Source: Raillietiella orientalis (Eukaryota). Taken from it: a stretch of DNA of 64,000 nt. Location of the stretch: the NCBI GenBank assembly GCA_036172245.1, contig JAYWIR010000008.1, forward strand, positions 558,001 through 622,000, read 5' to 3'. Shown here piece after piece: positions 13,501 to 26,100 of the stretch; position 1 is the first letter of the stretch, and the number at the start of each line of letters is the position of its first letter. Below the pieces are notes generated by a model. The model saw nothing but the letters and a program-made list of their open reading frames with translations, made no database searches and was not told the DNA's origin. Made by a program: the position numbers and the translations under genes.

Positions 13501-14300
13501 GACTATCATTGTAATATCTTTTCCAACTTCGTGGTAGGCGTTTCGTGAGCGAACCTCCAGATGGCCTAACTGCTCGCAGCGGTGACACCGACTTTCGGGA
13601 CTCTTCTTCAGGTGGTTCCCGTTTCGTTGCAGTTTCCCCTCGCAGCCTCGGGCAGACCCATTCTGCGCCGACCTGAGTTCTAGAGGGGAGCTGCGAGTCT
13701 TCGTGTACGGCGGCAACAGTGGCTTCCAAGCCTCTCAAGAGTCCTCGAACCAGGGCCAACCACCCCGGGCTTGGATCAGAACTCGTGTATCATCGCGAAT
13801 TCCGAGAAAGCTGGTGGAGGACCTCTTTCTCGTGCATCCGCAGTCTTGATCCCGGTGGATGGACCAGAGCAGCACCGAGTGGTCCGCCGTGGCTTGTAGG
13901 GGCCTTCCGCAGTCGATGCTCGTGGAGGCAGGAGAGGAGGGGATTCGGGAGTCGCTGAGCAAGTCTGGCATCCTTGCGAGTGAGTTCCAACACTTTCCTC
14001 CGGCTGAACACCTGGAGAGAGGTCTTCCAGTTCGCCCTTTTCTCCGTTTAGGTTGCTCAGCCCTACAGCAAAAGAGCGCGCAACCAAAGCAAGTACGAGA
14101 CGACCTGCCTTGCGCAGTAGGGCCAGCCGATGTCCCGTAGACCCTTGCTTCTGCCTGGGCCGCTCGCACCTGACCCCATGACTTCCCGTTCCCGGAGGCG
14201 ATCCCTGGGAACCTCGGCCTCCACGGGTAGGAGTGACGAAGCCCTCAGTCGTCCCTTCCGTCACCGGCACTGGCTGCTGGCACTTCCCCCTTCCACTTCC
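7570..14300 (-). mobile_element. Near full-length but decayed L1/Tx1-like non-LTR retrotransposon (ORF1 zinc knuckle, APE, RT)
   Basis: Minus strand in order: ORF1 knuckle CHRCEQLGH (~13590-13560); APE remnants RVSRVD and GGH (~11030-10930); RT motifs SNWRPITLVNS (~9840-9805), CGMRQSSRTSPLLF (~9525-9480) and SICADDL (~9400-9378); T-rich 3'UTR with AATAAA (~7577). Confidence 0.8.
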
Positions 14301-14399
14301 GCCGGAAGCGCCAAACGCTGCGAAGCCGGCAACCAGCAGCGGGAGTTCGCAGAGCGCGAAGAAACAGCCAACCCAGTTCGCCGGGGGGTCGGGTCTGAG

Positions 14400-15700
14400 C
14401 CCGAACTGGGAGGCACTTCCCGTCTGCGCGGCGCGAGGAAAAGATAGCCAGGATGGATCCATTCGGGAACTGCGTGGAGGCAGGAGGCGCCTGGATTCAC
14501 ATCGCAAGAACCGACGTCAGCGTGACCCTGTCTCACCCACGACCTAGGAGAGTCCGGACGGGACCTGAGGAAAGGTGGATCCGACCAACAGCCGCCCTCA
14601 GCCGCGGCGCTGTCGTCTCTAGGAGTGAGAAACGTCAGGACGGAGGACTTCGTATCCCGTAGCAGGAGCAAAGGAGCCCTTGGAGGGTGGTCTGTGGGCC
14701 AGACACGCTGCACCCCCGCAAAGGGACACTAGAATGCTCCACCTCCGTCATCCGCTCCTCCCCCCGTTCAAGGATAGCTCCGCACTCCACCCCCTCCCCC
14801 GGGAGGGGTGGCACACGACTTCTCTCCTCGTGCAATCAATGCCGGCGCCTCTGGCCGAGAGGGAACGTCTTCCTTCCTCATACAGCTGTACCGGGGCGTC
14901 TTCTGCTTCCCACGAACGTACAAAGGCAGCGGTAGGGCTGCTGCTCCTTCCACGTCCATTGATCCACGAGGAACGGGTGCGCGGACCGGCGAGGGTCTCC
15001 TGGAAGGGAAGCACAAAAAGAAAAATGAAATAAAGAAAATTGAATAAAAATAAATAGAAAGACACGGTGGGGGGTTCGGGAAGGGATCACCGTCTACTCA
15101 GGGGTGTCCTCTGCATCCTTTCAAGGATGATGGCAGGTTTGGACTGGGGGCTATCTCGACGCATCCTCAGGAGGCGGATCGCGGAATGGATGACGCGTCC
15201 CTGCCGTTCTCTTCTCTCTCGGCATGGGCAGACGCAATCCCGCGCAGGCAGTAGGGAGCTGCTGGGGACGCGGCCGGCGGTCAGGCGGTCGAGCACAAAG
15301 GGGCATTTCAAAACGTCTCTGGGGATCCGCAGGGACGCGGCGAATTGCTCCCATAACGCAGCCCACGAGCAGGTGCGGGAGGAATTCACGTTCTCCGCAC
15401 CTGCTGCGGTTCGGGTCCGACTCCCTCCCCACGGATCCAGCGATGCCAGCGGGCACTGCGCAGGAGGTGCCAATCGGAAAGCTGGAGAACCGACTCTGGA
15501 CGCTTGGGAGGGAGGCTCGGGATGTTCCGCGGCGCTGGGACCACTCGAGGTTTTCCCGGGGATTCCCAGCAGCTCATTCAAGCGCGAGAATCCTTTCGGT
15601 TGAGAAACATGGGGTCGCAGCATCCGTTGGCGGCCCCGTTGTCAAATCACCTTCTGTATCCCTGGGGAATTTGTCTTCCGGAAACTGCGCCGAGTGCGAG
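14400..15700 (-). mobile_element. Non-LTR retrotransposon fragments (RT piece and an L1-like 3' end)
   Basis: VQLYEEG (cf. VPLFKKG) ~14890 and PLLLLRDTKSSVL (cf. PISLLNTDYKIL) ~14670; 3' end with ENVNSSRTCSWAALW and a T-rich tail at ~15060-15015. Confidence 0.45.
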
Positions 15701-15799
15701 GATGTGCGGGAAGGATCTCTCGGACGCTTCCGGACCGCGGCGCCCTCCAGGAAGTTTGGGAGCGCCTCCCTTCGCCCTGGGGATGCCTCCGGGGAATCG

Positions 15800-18700
15800 C
15801 CGCTGCGGTTTCGAAGCGAATACGGTGGGAGGAGAGCTAACTGAGGGGGAGAGAGAGATTGAGGGGGAAGGTAGCAATCTGTTTCCTGAAGACGCAATCA
15901 TTTTGAGAGCAAAAACAGCTGGAGTTTCCGAACTCACGCAGGAAAGGTGCGCGCGTGCTCCCAAGCAACTGCACCGACGATGCGGCTCGGAGCAACCTGG
16001 AAAACGGGAGCTTGCAGCTTGCCGTCGACAGCCAGGAGATGCGGCGGGCACCCTTGCATGCGAACTACGGCAACAGCCGCATCTGGGGTCCAGCACATGT
16101 CGGAGAGAGCTCACTGCCCTTCATGTCGGAGAGAACTTAGCGTGTGCTTCTTCCTGGTTTCGCAAAGGGAAAGGTGTCACTGTGGGCATACGGAACACCT
16201 CGGAGAGCAGCATGCCGTCCGCATTAACCAGCGCCACGGGAAGTCGGTGACTTGGGCGGCGTGCGTTTTCCTGCGTTTCCCCCTCTGCGTGGGAAACGAA
16301 CCATGAAGCTGAACTGGAGGAGATAGACACTCGGTTCGAGCGGGCAGTTGGGTGCCAACAATGGCGCCTGTCCCGCCTCCAGTAGCCAACAGGGCTCGCC
16401 ATGGACGGCCCGTCCACACCCGATGCACTTTTACGCTTCGGAGCCCTCCGAAAGCGCCCTCCCGTCGGTAGGGTGCTCTTCCAGAGGGACTGGCCACCTC
16501 CGGCCGCAGTCTGCCCGCAAGGAACCTCGAGGAGCCACCGCGTGGGCCAGCCCCTACGGAAAACACCCCTTGCGCTCGACGGCTGGCTCCTGGCGAGCGT
16601 TCCTGGCGAAGCGCACGACCGACTGGCCCTTGGAGGAGGTCAGCAGGTCTGTCGCGCCCAGTCGCTAAGTTCGCCTCTCCTCCAACATTGCGTGCTCCGC
16701 GGGACGCCCAACACTCGGTTCCTCGATCAGGGTGCGTCCTCCCCTAAAGTGGCAACCGGGAAAACAGGCGCTGCTGCTGCTGCAGTCTGGTCTTTCCATG
16801 CGTCACACGCCTGCATCGCAGCACGAGGAAGAGCGCGGCGCGTCCAGCTGTCGAGCATGCGCAACAGCGAAAAGCCTTCCCGCACGCCCATGCAGATTGC
16901 CCTGTCCCTTGGGGAGCGTGCCAAAGGCGTATTGCGGCTGCTCTGCTACTTTAAGCTGAGGGGGAGGGTGGCAAGGGACCTCTCCAGACCTATATCCCAT
17001 CTTGGTGCGCAACGCAACCCCCGTAGCGAATGCAGCTCCATACTGCCAACGGGACACATTTGCGACCCGAGAGTGCAGGAGACACCGAGCGAAGTCATCT
17101 GCATGACGACTTATTAAGGAGGACAACTAGATGGCAGTACCCAAAGGACTTAAAAACGGAACTTATCTACATCCTGCAAGGGTTGCCGCAGTGGATCTCG
17201 GAGGATAACCGGCTACCCTTCCTTCCACAAACCTCTGTTGAACAGATGATGCTTTTTTGTACCCTTTTTTGTTTTGCTTCGGTATTCCTCCTCCATTTCT
17301 CCCATGCAACCCCCAGTGGCAGGCGGGCAGCTGACTTCCGCTCGGAATCTCCTAGGAAGCAGTGTTCCTCATAAGAACTCATTTATTTTTTTCTTGCCTT
17401 CTGGTTGCCGAGGTACAATGACGTCTCGGCGCAACCGGGTGTCAAAGGCGAAACCCGCGCCAGAAGGTGGGAGACTGGGAGCCCGCGACACCATAGCAAC
17501 GATCTTGCATCTCATCGAGACGCGACTCGCTCTTCATTTTCCGGCCCCCTCGCACCTCGCCGAAGAGGTTCCACTACACCTCGCGGTTCTTACACCCCAC
17601 CCGATGCTGCATCCCCTTGAAAGGTTTCGTTTCCCATGACGACCAGGGAGAAAAACTGGATTCAGTCTTGCTTCCAGCCGAACTTTGACCGGTAACACTT
17701 GCTCCTTCACGCATGTTTGCTCTCCGGGGGATAACAAACTGCGAAGAGCATCCGGGTTTCAAACTCGTGCTTGTAGGCTGGAGACGAAACTCCCCCTCCC
17801 CCTGTCACCCCTCCTTTCCTCCCTTTCCCGTGGGGAGTGGGTCCATCACAGCGACGTACCTAACGAAGGAGGAGGTGCCATCCGGGGTCAGCGGCGCAAG
17901 GATCCCGTCCGATTTGCCGACCGTGCAGATGGGGGTCCTGTGTGCCGCCCTTGCTGGATCTTCCAGTGCGTTTTTACAGGGATACTCAGGCCTGGCTCAT
18001 TGGTTCCCCACACGAAGGTGCAGCTCACAGCTCGAGCAGACCTTTGATGGCAAGACGCGTACCTTCGCCGCCCTACATGGATCCTGCTCACTGCCCTTTG
18101 CCCTTTGAAATTCGCTCCGCCTGCTTCAGGACACGCCAGAACGGACATTCATTTCGCAGAGACCATGCGGAGGCTGAGAGTACCGAGGCATCCCTTCTTC
18201 CATGAGCCACACAGCTATGTCGATCTTCCTCAGCATCTTCCGGGCCTTCATGCGAAAGCGTGCAAAAGCATCGTCTCAGTTCTCATCTTGGCTGGCAGGC
18301 GGCGGTGGTTGAATGGCGCGCTGTGCTCGTGGATGCAGCCTCTTTTATGACCACATCTGGAGCCTCTTGCACGTTCGGCGGCTTCTTGGATCCTGTGGGA
18401 ACGCAGGAAGATTCCCTTCTCTTGCCTAAGATCCACCAGCAGCCCATTTCGGGACTCCTTGCCCAATTCCTTCTTGATGCTCTTTTGCTTCTCGGCCATC
18501 GCGAATGTTCTTCGGGCTTGATTTCTAGGTCACCTCGACCTCGGCCTGCTGCGGCGTTCCGAGGTGCAGCCGTCCATTCCTTTCCGTTGGACGCAGGGCA
18601 GTAGTCCGTCCGCCACAGGAAGGAGGAGAGCATAGGTCCACACTTTCCATCTCGGATTGACGTGAACCTCGACGTCATGGAAGCCACGCGGCTTGCTCTG

Positions 18701-21220
18701 GAGATGGCTCGACGCAGCTTCGCTTGAAGAAAGGTTCAGTTTTGCGGGCACGGCTCATTGGGCCGACGGGTCTGCACCTTCTGCCGAGTGCGAGGGCGAC
18801 ATATGGGATTGGTGCGACGGAATCCTCGGAAGCAGCCTAAGCAACAGGCACACATGGCAGGTGACGTCAGCCTCACACGCACTCTCCGCCCTCGGAGGAA
18901 ATCCTGTGAAAGTTTCGGACTCTCACTCCTCTCCCCTATATCCGCGCCCATTTTCCTCGCGCAGTTGCGTATTGCCGAATCAGTGAGAGCATGGCGTGAG
19001 CGTCGGAATCAAATCCTATTCGTGCGAGACCCAGATGACTCCCGTTTCCAAGGCATCTGCGGCGTCTATCCGAGTGCTTAGAAACAGGGAAATCGTGATA
19101 GCACTGCTTTAGAGGGATGCGCCGTGGACGTCTCGGCATAGCAGCTCTGGAAGCGGCTTCGTCTTGGAGGTGGGAGCCACGTGGCAACCAGGGAAACGGA
19201 GCAGCCACAGGCATGTCGACATCTGGCATCGTTGCCGCTGGAAAAGATCTGTGCCCGAGATGAAGCGTTCAGCCAGGGGGGGCGTCCAGAATCCGATGAT
19301 GCAATCTGATTTGACGTGTCCATGAGCAACGCATAACTTACTTTCTAGTAGAGGTGAAGGAGGCGACCGGAGCAGCTTCGATCTTACCTCTGGGTCAACC
19401 ATCAGGCGCCCGTCTTCTTTACCTTCTTTACCCCGCTCCCAGAGGCACTCGGTTTCGCGATCCGTTCGTCTCGGAGCAGAGCCATCTCGCTTTTGTTCGC
19501 CTTCTTGGACGACTGGGATCCCTGCTGAGAGCGTACAAGGAGACTCTCTAGCCGCGCGTGTGGCCCGGTACGTTTGCCGTCTCAGTATACGAGGACGATC
19601 CTCTACTGCTGCTCCCTATGTCCACACCGGCATGCGCACTCGACGGTTTCTTCGAGTTGCTCAGCCGTGAGACGGGCCTGCTGGGCGTGGAACAGGGCGA
19701 AGTCGTCCGTGGTTCCAGTTGCTGCGGCGTGGGCAGGGCGGCCGGACTGGATCCGCTTGGGAGTCCCGACTAATTGGAACACCTTCGTGGTCCCCACGGG
19801 CCGATGATTACAGTTCCTGGGCGTTCCGATGGAGAACTTCTGCATCGCTGAAGCCTGGTCCGGCCGTCTTCAGAAAACAGAACAGACGCTCGACCCGTCC
19901 CAAGGAGGCAGATTTCACCTGAAGGAACGGGCCGCAGTGTAAAACACGTTCGTTCCCCCCCTCCTCAACCTCCTGCTTTTCGTTTGCTTCCCGTCCTGCA
20001 GCATCAGAAAGCGGACAAATGACCTCCTTCAAATCGCCCTCTGGGGCAAAGGGAGGCTCCGAGCTCACCTGGAGGATTTGTGTGCTTCGCTATGGGACAG
20101 CGGCGTAGGTCTCCTGAAGATGCAGCTCCGGTTTCGAACACTAGCACTCATGGAAAAATTATGGAGCACCGCCTGTGCCAACCTGCACGCCTACTCGTCC
20201 AGCAAGCCGTCGGCAGCGTGGGAGTCGTGTCCTTCCTTCCACGCCGTCCACTCAGCCTAATCCACTGTGGACTGCACCTTCGGCACGAAAAACAAATGGA
20301 TCTCGTGCCTTCCCGAGGATAGTAGTGCCTAGTTGCAGGAAACCGTTCGCACATGGGCGAGGATCCAGGAGCCAAGCGCGGAACAGGTGCGAAGTTTCCT
20401 GTATGCGCGCAGCCACAACTGCACGCTTCAGGAGATCCTGGAAGACGTCGTGAAGAGTGCGTGGGCAGGCAGTGCTGCCACAGTGCTGTCTTCGCTTTGG
20501 GAACACATGGGCAGCAACCTCGCAGCAAAATGGGAGGTCAGTGCTGAAATCTCTGGAAGAACAAAAGGACTAGGTCAATAGACGACGGGCCAGCTAAAGG
20601 ATACTACTGCCCTCTCTCGAGGAGTTTTGCGCTAGGGCTACTGGGACTTCCTGTGGAAGATCTGCAGTAGTCCCCAGTGCTTATGAACACCCGCACCTCT
20701 TCTTGAAGTGGCAAGAGTCAAGGCTGCTGCTGTTGCACTGGGGCCTCCGTGCAACACACACCGGCATCACTGGACACGAGAGGGTGTGGACCCTCAACGT
20801 GTCAGGTGCGGGAAGCGGAAATCTCTCCCGCTTGCCCCTCTGGGATGGACTGTGTTGCCCTCCGGCCACTCTAGGAACACATTGCCGCGCCCCTAAGAAT
20901 CCTTGAAGGCAACACCAGGGACATTGTGTGACTCCTCTTCTTGCAGGGCGCCCTGAGCCAGCCGCAGCCCTTGCAGCACTTTGCTGCCTCCGCGGAGTCG
21001 TGGTGGAGTGGAGCGACGCCAACGGAAAAAGTAACGAAAAGGACGCCATCCACTTGGTTTTCTGCGGATAGCGGCCAGATGGCTCCACCTGGATGTAAAT
21101 ATCAGTCACGAACTTACCGGCATCCTCCAAAGGATGCAGAGGACCGCCCCCCGCAAACAGTAATCCCCCCCCAAAAAAATTGCTTTATTTTTATTTGGTT
21201 ACTTTTTATTTTTGTTTTGC
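15800..21220 (+). mobile_element. Decayed L1/Tx1-like ORF2 relic (APE-RT-zinc finger) followed by a second 3'-end fragment
   Basis: APE-like TQE...GVTVGI (~15935-16190), LALDGWL/QHC (~16570-16690), WSFHASH (cf. WKLN) ~16790; RT-like RIPSDLPTVQ (~17900) and GTQEDSL (~18400); 3' Cys/His regions ~20150-20280 and ~20720-20850; T-rich tail 21180-21220. Confidence 0.6.
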
Positions 21221-21483
21221 CCATCCCCTCTGTTGTCATGGTGAACCTAACGGGTCTGCGAACCACAAGAACGCTAGATTAGATAACAAAAGGACGTGGT
21301 TGTACCAGTGGTCCAACCACACAAATTGAAAATATTTATTTAATCTTTAAATAAGCTCCCCGGAGTACTCGGGTGAGAACCATTGCGACTGTACCAGCAA
21401 CCGGAATCCCCTCCCACCAGCTCCCCATGAAACAAGGTGGTTCCATCGAGCAAGTCTTTCATTGATCAAAGATCGAAGCAGCC

Positions 21484-22911
21484 TTAGATTTTAAGGGTGA
21501 CGTCCGCATAGTAGCAGGCCAGAATCTTCTCCTCTTCAGAGATACTGAATTCGACACGAAAGGTGAAGTCCAAGAACTCTATGTACCACCCGGGAAGCTC
21601 GGTGGACACACCGCCGTGGAACTCGTGGGGCAGGTCCTCGCATGACCCCAGTCGGTCCCAAAAATAATCGAGGAACTCACAGATGTTGTCGTAGTGACAG
21701 CTTCCCAGGTTATATATGCAAGGGATCTTCAGCCAGTCGTACCCGACTTTCACTTTCCAGGTCAGATCCAGCTGAAACGAAGAACGTGAGCTTGTACCCC
21801 GCGTCCCAAACGCCTCCTGGATACCCTGCTCACAATGGGTTCATAATCCGCGGCACCTCAAAATTCCTACTCTCCACATCTCGAAAGATCGTAAAAACAA
21901 AAAAACGTATATGCTTTTTCCACATATCAATTTCTACATTAATATACAAATTAGATTTATACTCTTTTATATTTCCACTGTATTTCGCTGTCACTATCAT
22001 TTCAAATTCCTATAGATCGACATTCATATATGGGCGTGTGTATTTATAATCTACATATTGATACGTACAATTAACACGTCTATTTACTTTTTATGGGGTC
22101 GATTGGGATATCCGTCGAGAGAGCTCGACACCCCACGGCCGCAGCCGCGCTGCAGCATCGCTTGGGTCCCGGAAAACTCGCCAAGGCATTTCGGAGACAG
22201 CAGTAGAGGACACAAAAAGGGAGCTCACCGATAAAGTCCTGTTCAATGAGGACAGCAGAGCGCCGTCGTAGGCCAATTCGAACTGTCCTGGGAAGGTGAT
22301 GGGATTCGTGTACTTGGCTTCCAGCTTCAAAAGGTCATCTGAGTAGGAAGAGCACTTCTGGACGTACCCCACCTGGAAAACAAGGGAAGGATGAAAGGCT
22401 GCGAGGTGCACTCGGAGCAGCCGGATGTTGCGAACACGAAGGAACGCCGCTCTTCTCAGGTAAGGAGCGGAGAAAGGAGGGGAGGGAAGATGCAAGGAGC
22501 AGAAAGGAGGAAAACGTCGAAAACCGGACTTTATGCCGCCCTTTCGCCCAGCAGCGGAAGCGCGAGCGCCTTCCAGTCTTCCCGGCTTTCCGCCACCTGC
22601 AGCAGCCTCAAAGGAGCACGCAGAACTTTGCCCGCACCCTTTCGGCGGGGAAGTCTATTGCCTCCTGGATAGGGAAGAAGGCTTATGCGTAGACGCAGGA
22701 CGACCTGCCGTGAGTGCCGAGGACCTCCACGACCCCCATCATTGCCGATCGTGTTGACCGGCCACATCCACGATAAACCCCACACTAAGTCGCTTACGTC
22801 ACCCAGAGGCGACGCAGCCACCGGGCTCCTTCTCAAACTGCGCATCAGGTTGAAGTTCCTCGCCGAAGCATGGATGACGAACAGGGTCAGCAGGATCACG
22901 CGACTCATCAT
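21484..22911 (-). CDS. GM2 ganglioside activator-like (ML-domain) secreted lipid-binding protein, copy 1, ~202 aa
   Basis: Exons 22911-22803, 22664-22597, 22372-22229, 21771-21484, all GT-AG and in frame. Signal peptide MMSRVILLTLFVIHASA; mature VGYVQKC...NPITFPG...LNRTLS|LDL...WLKIPCIYNLGSCHYDNICEFLD...ILACYY matches the GM2A pattern (DPI.VPG, WIKIPC...GSC....CDVL, LGCI), including the intron after the SPLK-equivalent. Exon 2 usage is uncertain. Confidence 0.85.
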
Positions 22912-23039
22912 CTTCGGTACCACGAGAGATCGCAACAGTCGAACAAGGTGGACGAAGAGATCCAGTCGTCGGAGAGAAAGCTGCAGCAGAAAGTCTGATG
23001 TCCACTGCTTTTGTAGATTCCCTCTAGAGTGCAATTTGG

Positions 23040-23057
23040 TTATCAATCCCTTTATCT
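23040..23057 (-). promoter_or_regulatory. Paired GATA motifs upstream of GM2A-like copy 1 (kept at 35314-35332 in copy 2)
   Basis: Minus strand AGATAAAGGGATTGATAA, ~130-145 nt upstream of the ATG; both WGATAA sites are unchanged in copy 2 despite neighbouring SNPs. Confidence 0.35.
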
Positions 23058-23199
23058 CCCATCACAGGTGACAGGCGCGTTGCCGAGAAGGAAAATTTCG
23101 GCACCTGGGTAACCAGGGTTGGATCCGATCTCGGGGAATGCAGTGCAACTCAAGGTCAGATTGATGACGATCAGAGAGGATTTGCCGCCTGGGGACCTT

Positions 23200-26100
23200 T
23201 GAATCCCGGGTGTTGCGGGTGTGGATGCGATGAAGAAATCCAGAGTGCACCGATGTTCTCAGATTTATCTTTGGTGAATGGCTGCAGTTTCACCGACATC
23301 TCATGCGACCCGGAATCTTGGCATGACTTTCCGCAAGCACGATAAAGGTGGGGAGGAATCCAAAGAGGAGTGGGGTCAGCACCCGTATTTGCGAGGATTA
23401 TCCCAGCGACGAGATCGCGGGAGCATCTCCTGCGGGGTCTCTGAAGACCGGCTTCGGCGGGAGAAGGTTCGCCACGCCCGCAGGCAAGGAAGGGTTGCGA
23501 CCCAGACCGGTGTACCGACAGCACCACCGCTTAGGGGACGGCAGATATTGCACGGAAAGGCGGCCGAAGGCAAAGTCGAACGTCCCAACGGTCCAGCGAA
23601 TCCAACTCCACAGAAGAGAACGATGCTGCTGATTTCTCAACATCCCCTCGTCGGACTATCATTCGAATTTTTGGGAACTTCCTCGTCCTTACCGTAGTAT
23701 AGTTTCCGGGTTATGGTGACGACCTCGGTGGGTTGCTGATCGGGTTACGCGGAGCCTTCGGGAAGGAAAGAAGCATTGGTTACGCCAGACAAAAAGGGAA
23801 GGCCTCTGTTCGTCTTCAGGATGCCATCTTCGCAAATGGGGACTCGTGCGAATGAAAAGCAAGGAGCATCCAAAGCGATCGAACGGCAACGGGATGGGAG
23901 ACCAGCAGTTTTCCCTGCATGTGTGCCCCCTAAAAACTCCGTCGCTCCTTTGGAGGCCAGCATTCATGAGACACCACGGCCAACGAGATTTACCACCGCC
24001 TTATCTCCGGCAGGATTCCACTTCTTTCCATGCTGTCACTGACGACGCCGACGGACATCTCAAACGGGAAGCGCGAGTCCGGGATCATAGCCGGAAGTGG
24101 CCGTACCGGAGCTGAACGGCGAGTCCACTCCTGGAACCACTGGGCCAGCAGTCCCCACCTACGGCTCGCTGGCACATGCCGTCCCTTGCAGCAGAGCATC
24201 GTGCCGACAGACACGATGCGAGAGGAGGGACTTGTCCTTCCTCCAGCATCCGTGTAACGACTTTCCATGTAACGACTTAGCATACGAGTCTTTGCTTCAT
24301 CCCGCGTCCGACATCTGGCTCCTCCGACCACGACCTCCTCTTTCCCTTCTCCTCACAGCAATTTTTCATTGCGTCCCGATTCCCATGGTTGCGCCTTCTT
24401 GGGATGCCGACACCTTGGATTCTTCGAGTGAGAAGGATGTAACCTCAATCTTTCCTGTCCCCCGCTGGCTCGCCTCTCTTCCGCTGCGGTCCAGCTCCAT
24501 ATTTCGAAAGATGACAATAAAGGAAACACGTTTTGCTTACTCTGTATACGCTATGTGAATTTATTTTAGTGTGTGTGTGGTTATTCATATTCACTGAGAT
24601 GCGCATTGTTCGCAGTAATGTAGTTGTCACAGATACGCGTATTAATATTCACTCGCATACGTTTTATTAATAAAATTCTGATTCGCTGATAACATTGTTG
24701 GTATACACAGTGAAGATGATAAAAAGTTACTATATATATGCATATTATCTATATCCGTATTTATAGATGATATAAATTTACATCTCTCTCTTTATGTGCG
24801 TGTGCGAATATATATATATCGTATGCATAATATGTAAGTTGATATATAGGAATCGTTATGCATACTGAAATAAATTTGTACATTACTGTACGTACAATAA
24901 GCACACACACACGTGTTTGTCTCCTTTATGGTCCTGCGGAATTCGGATCGTTCGGAATTCGGTCGGCATGTCTTCCGCCGTTTCCCCACGCGGAAGCCGG
25001 TGCCAGGGCCATCGCCTCAGGCATCGACAGCTTTCTTTCTGATGCTGCGGTCTACGCAGCTACTGGACCCATCTGACACACGGCCAGCCCAGGCCCGAAG
25101 TACGCACGCGGACTGAGGCGAACGCGGGGAAGCAGGGAAGCCACTTCCGGAGAAAAGCGCAGGCGCAGGCGCACGCTTTGGAAGGAGCTTGCACTCTTGG
25201 AGAGCCTCGCACCGCCCGCACCCCTTGCACGATGCTCGCATACCCTTCTCTCTACCCTTCCCTTTTTGTGCCCTTCCTCCTGTGCACCGAGGAACGATGG
25301 CAGCTTTCTCCCTTCCCATTTCATCCCGGTCGTCTTCTGACTTCATCTGCATTCCCTCCAGAATGCATCCCTCCCAAGCGGGTATCCCGTGCGCGGCATT
25401 GCATGGAAACGCCGCCGTACGCAAAGTCGAACGTCCCAACGGTCTAGCGACCCCATCTCCACTGGGATGAACGGTGTTGCTGGCGTCTGAGCATCCTGAG
25501 CGAGAGAAAAGATCATCGCTCAAGTCATCGCGCCGCGTTCCCACGGCCAGCCATCCACGCCTTGTCGAAATCAGGAAACCCAGAAAATCCAGCATCTTCT
25601 GCCTTGCAGTCCTTGATTCTCAGGCGACAAAAATCTTCAGGTGCTCCCCTTATCTGTTTGGACTTTATCGTTTCTACGAATGAGCTGTTACCCATCTGAA
25701 ACAGGATGCGACGGATGTTTCTTTGCGGGTTCCAAGAGGGTTTCCAAAAAGACGATCAGAAACGGATGGTGTATTTCAGTCACACTGATTCCAGTGTACA
25801 CCTGGAGACGGGATGCAACCATCCTGGCGGATGGCGCGGGGGACCCTTCAGATGGCTGCGTGTCCCGTGGCTCGGCAGGCCGCGGCGAACCCCAAATGTT
25901 GCGCCGCCCCGATTCCTGGCGAACCGACGCTGATGTTAGTCACGAGGGCTTCCGCGTAACCTTGTAGGAGGTTTCCTGACTCCTTCCTAGGGCGAGGGGG
26001 GGGGGGGGGGGGGGATCCGCCTTGAGTGTCCTGGCAGCTGCTGAGCGCCTCTGGGAAGATGGACGCGTTGCCATGTGGGAGCCGGGTCGCGAGGGCGGTT

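Noticed and set aside
7570..21220. Active or domesticated retrotransposon ORFs
   Set aside because: Catalytic motifs are mutated (e.g. CADD) and frames are broken every few hundred bases.
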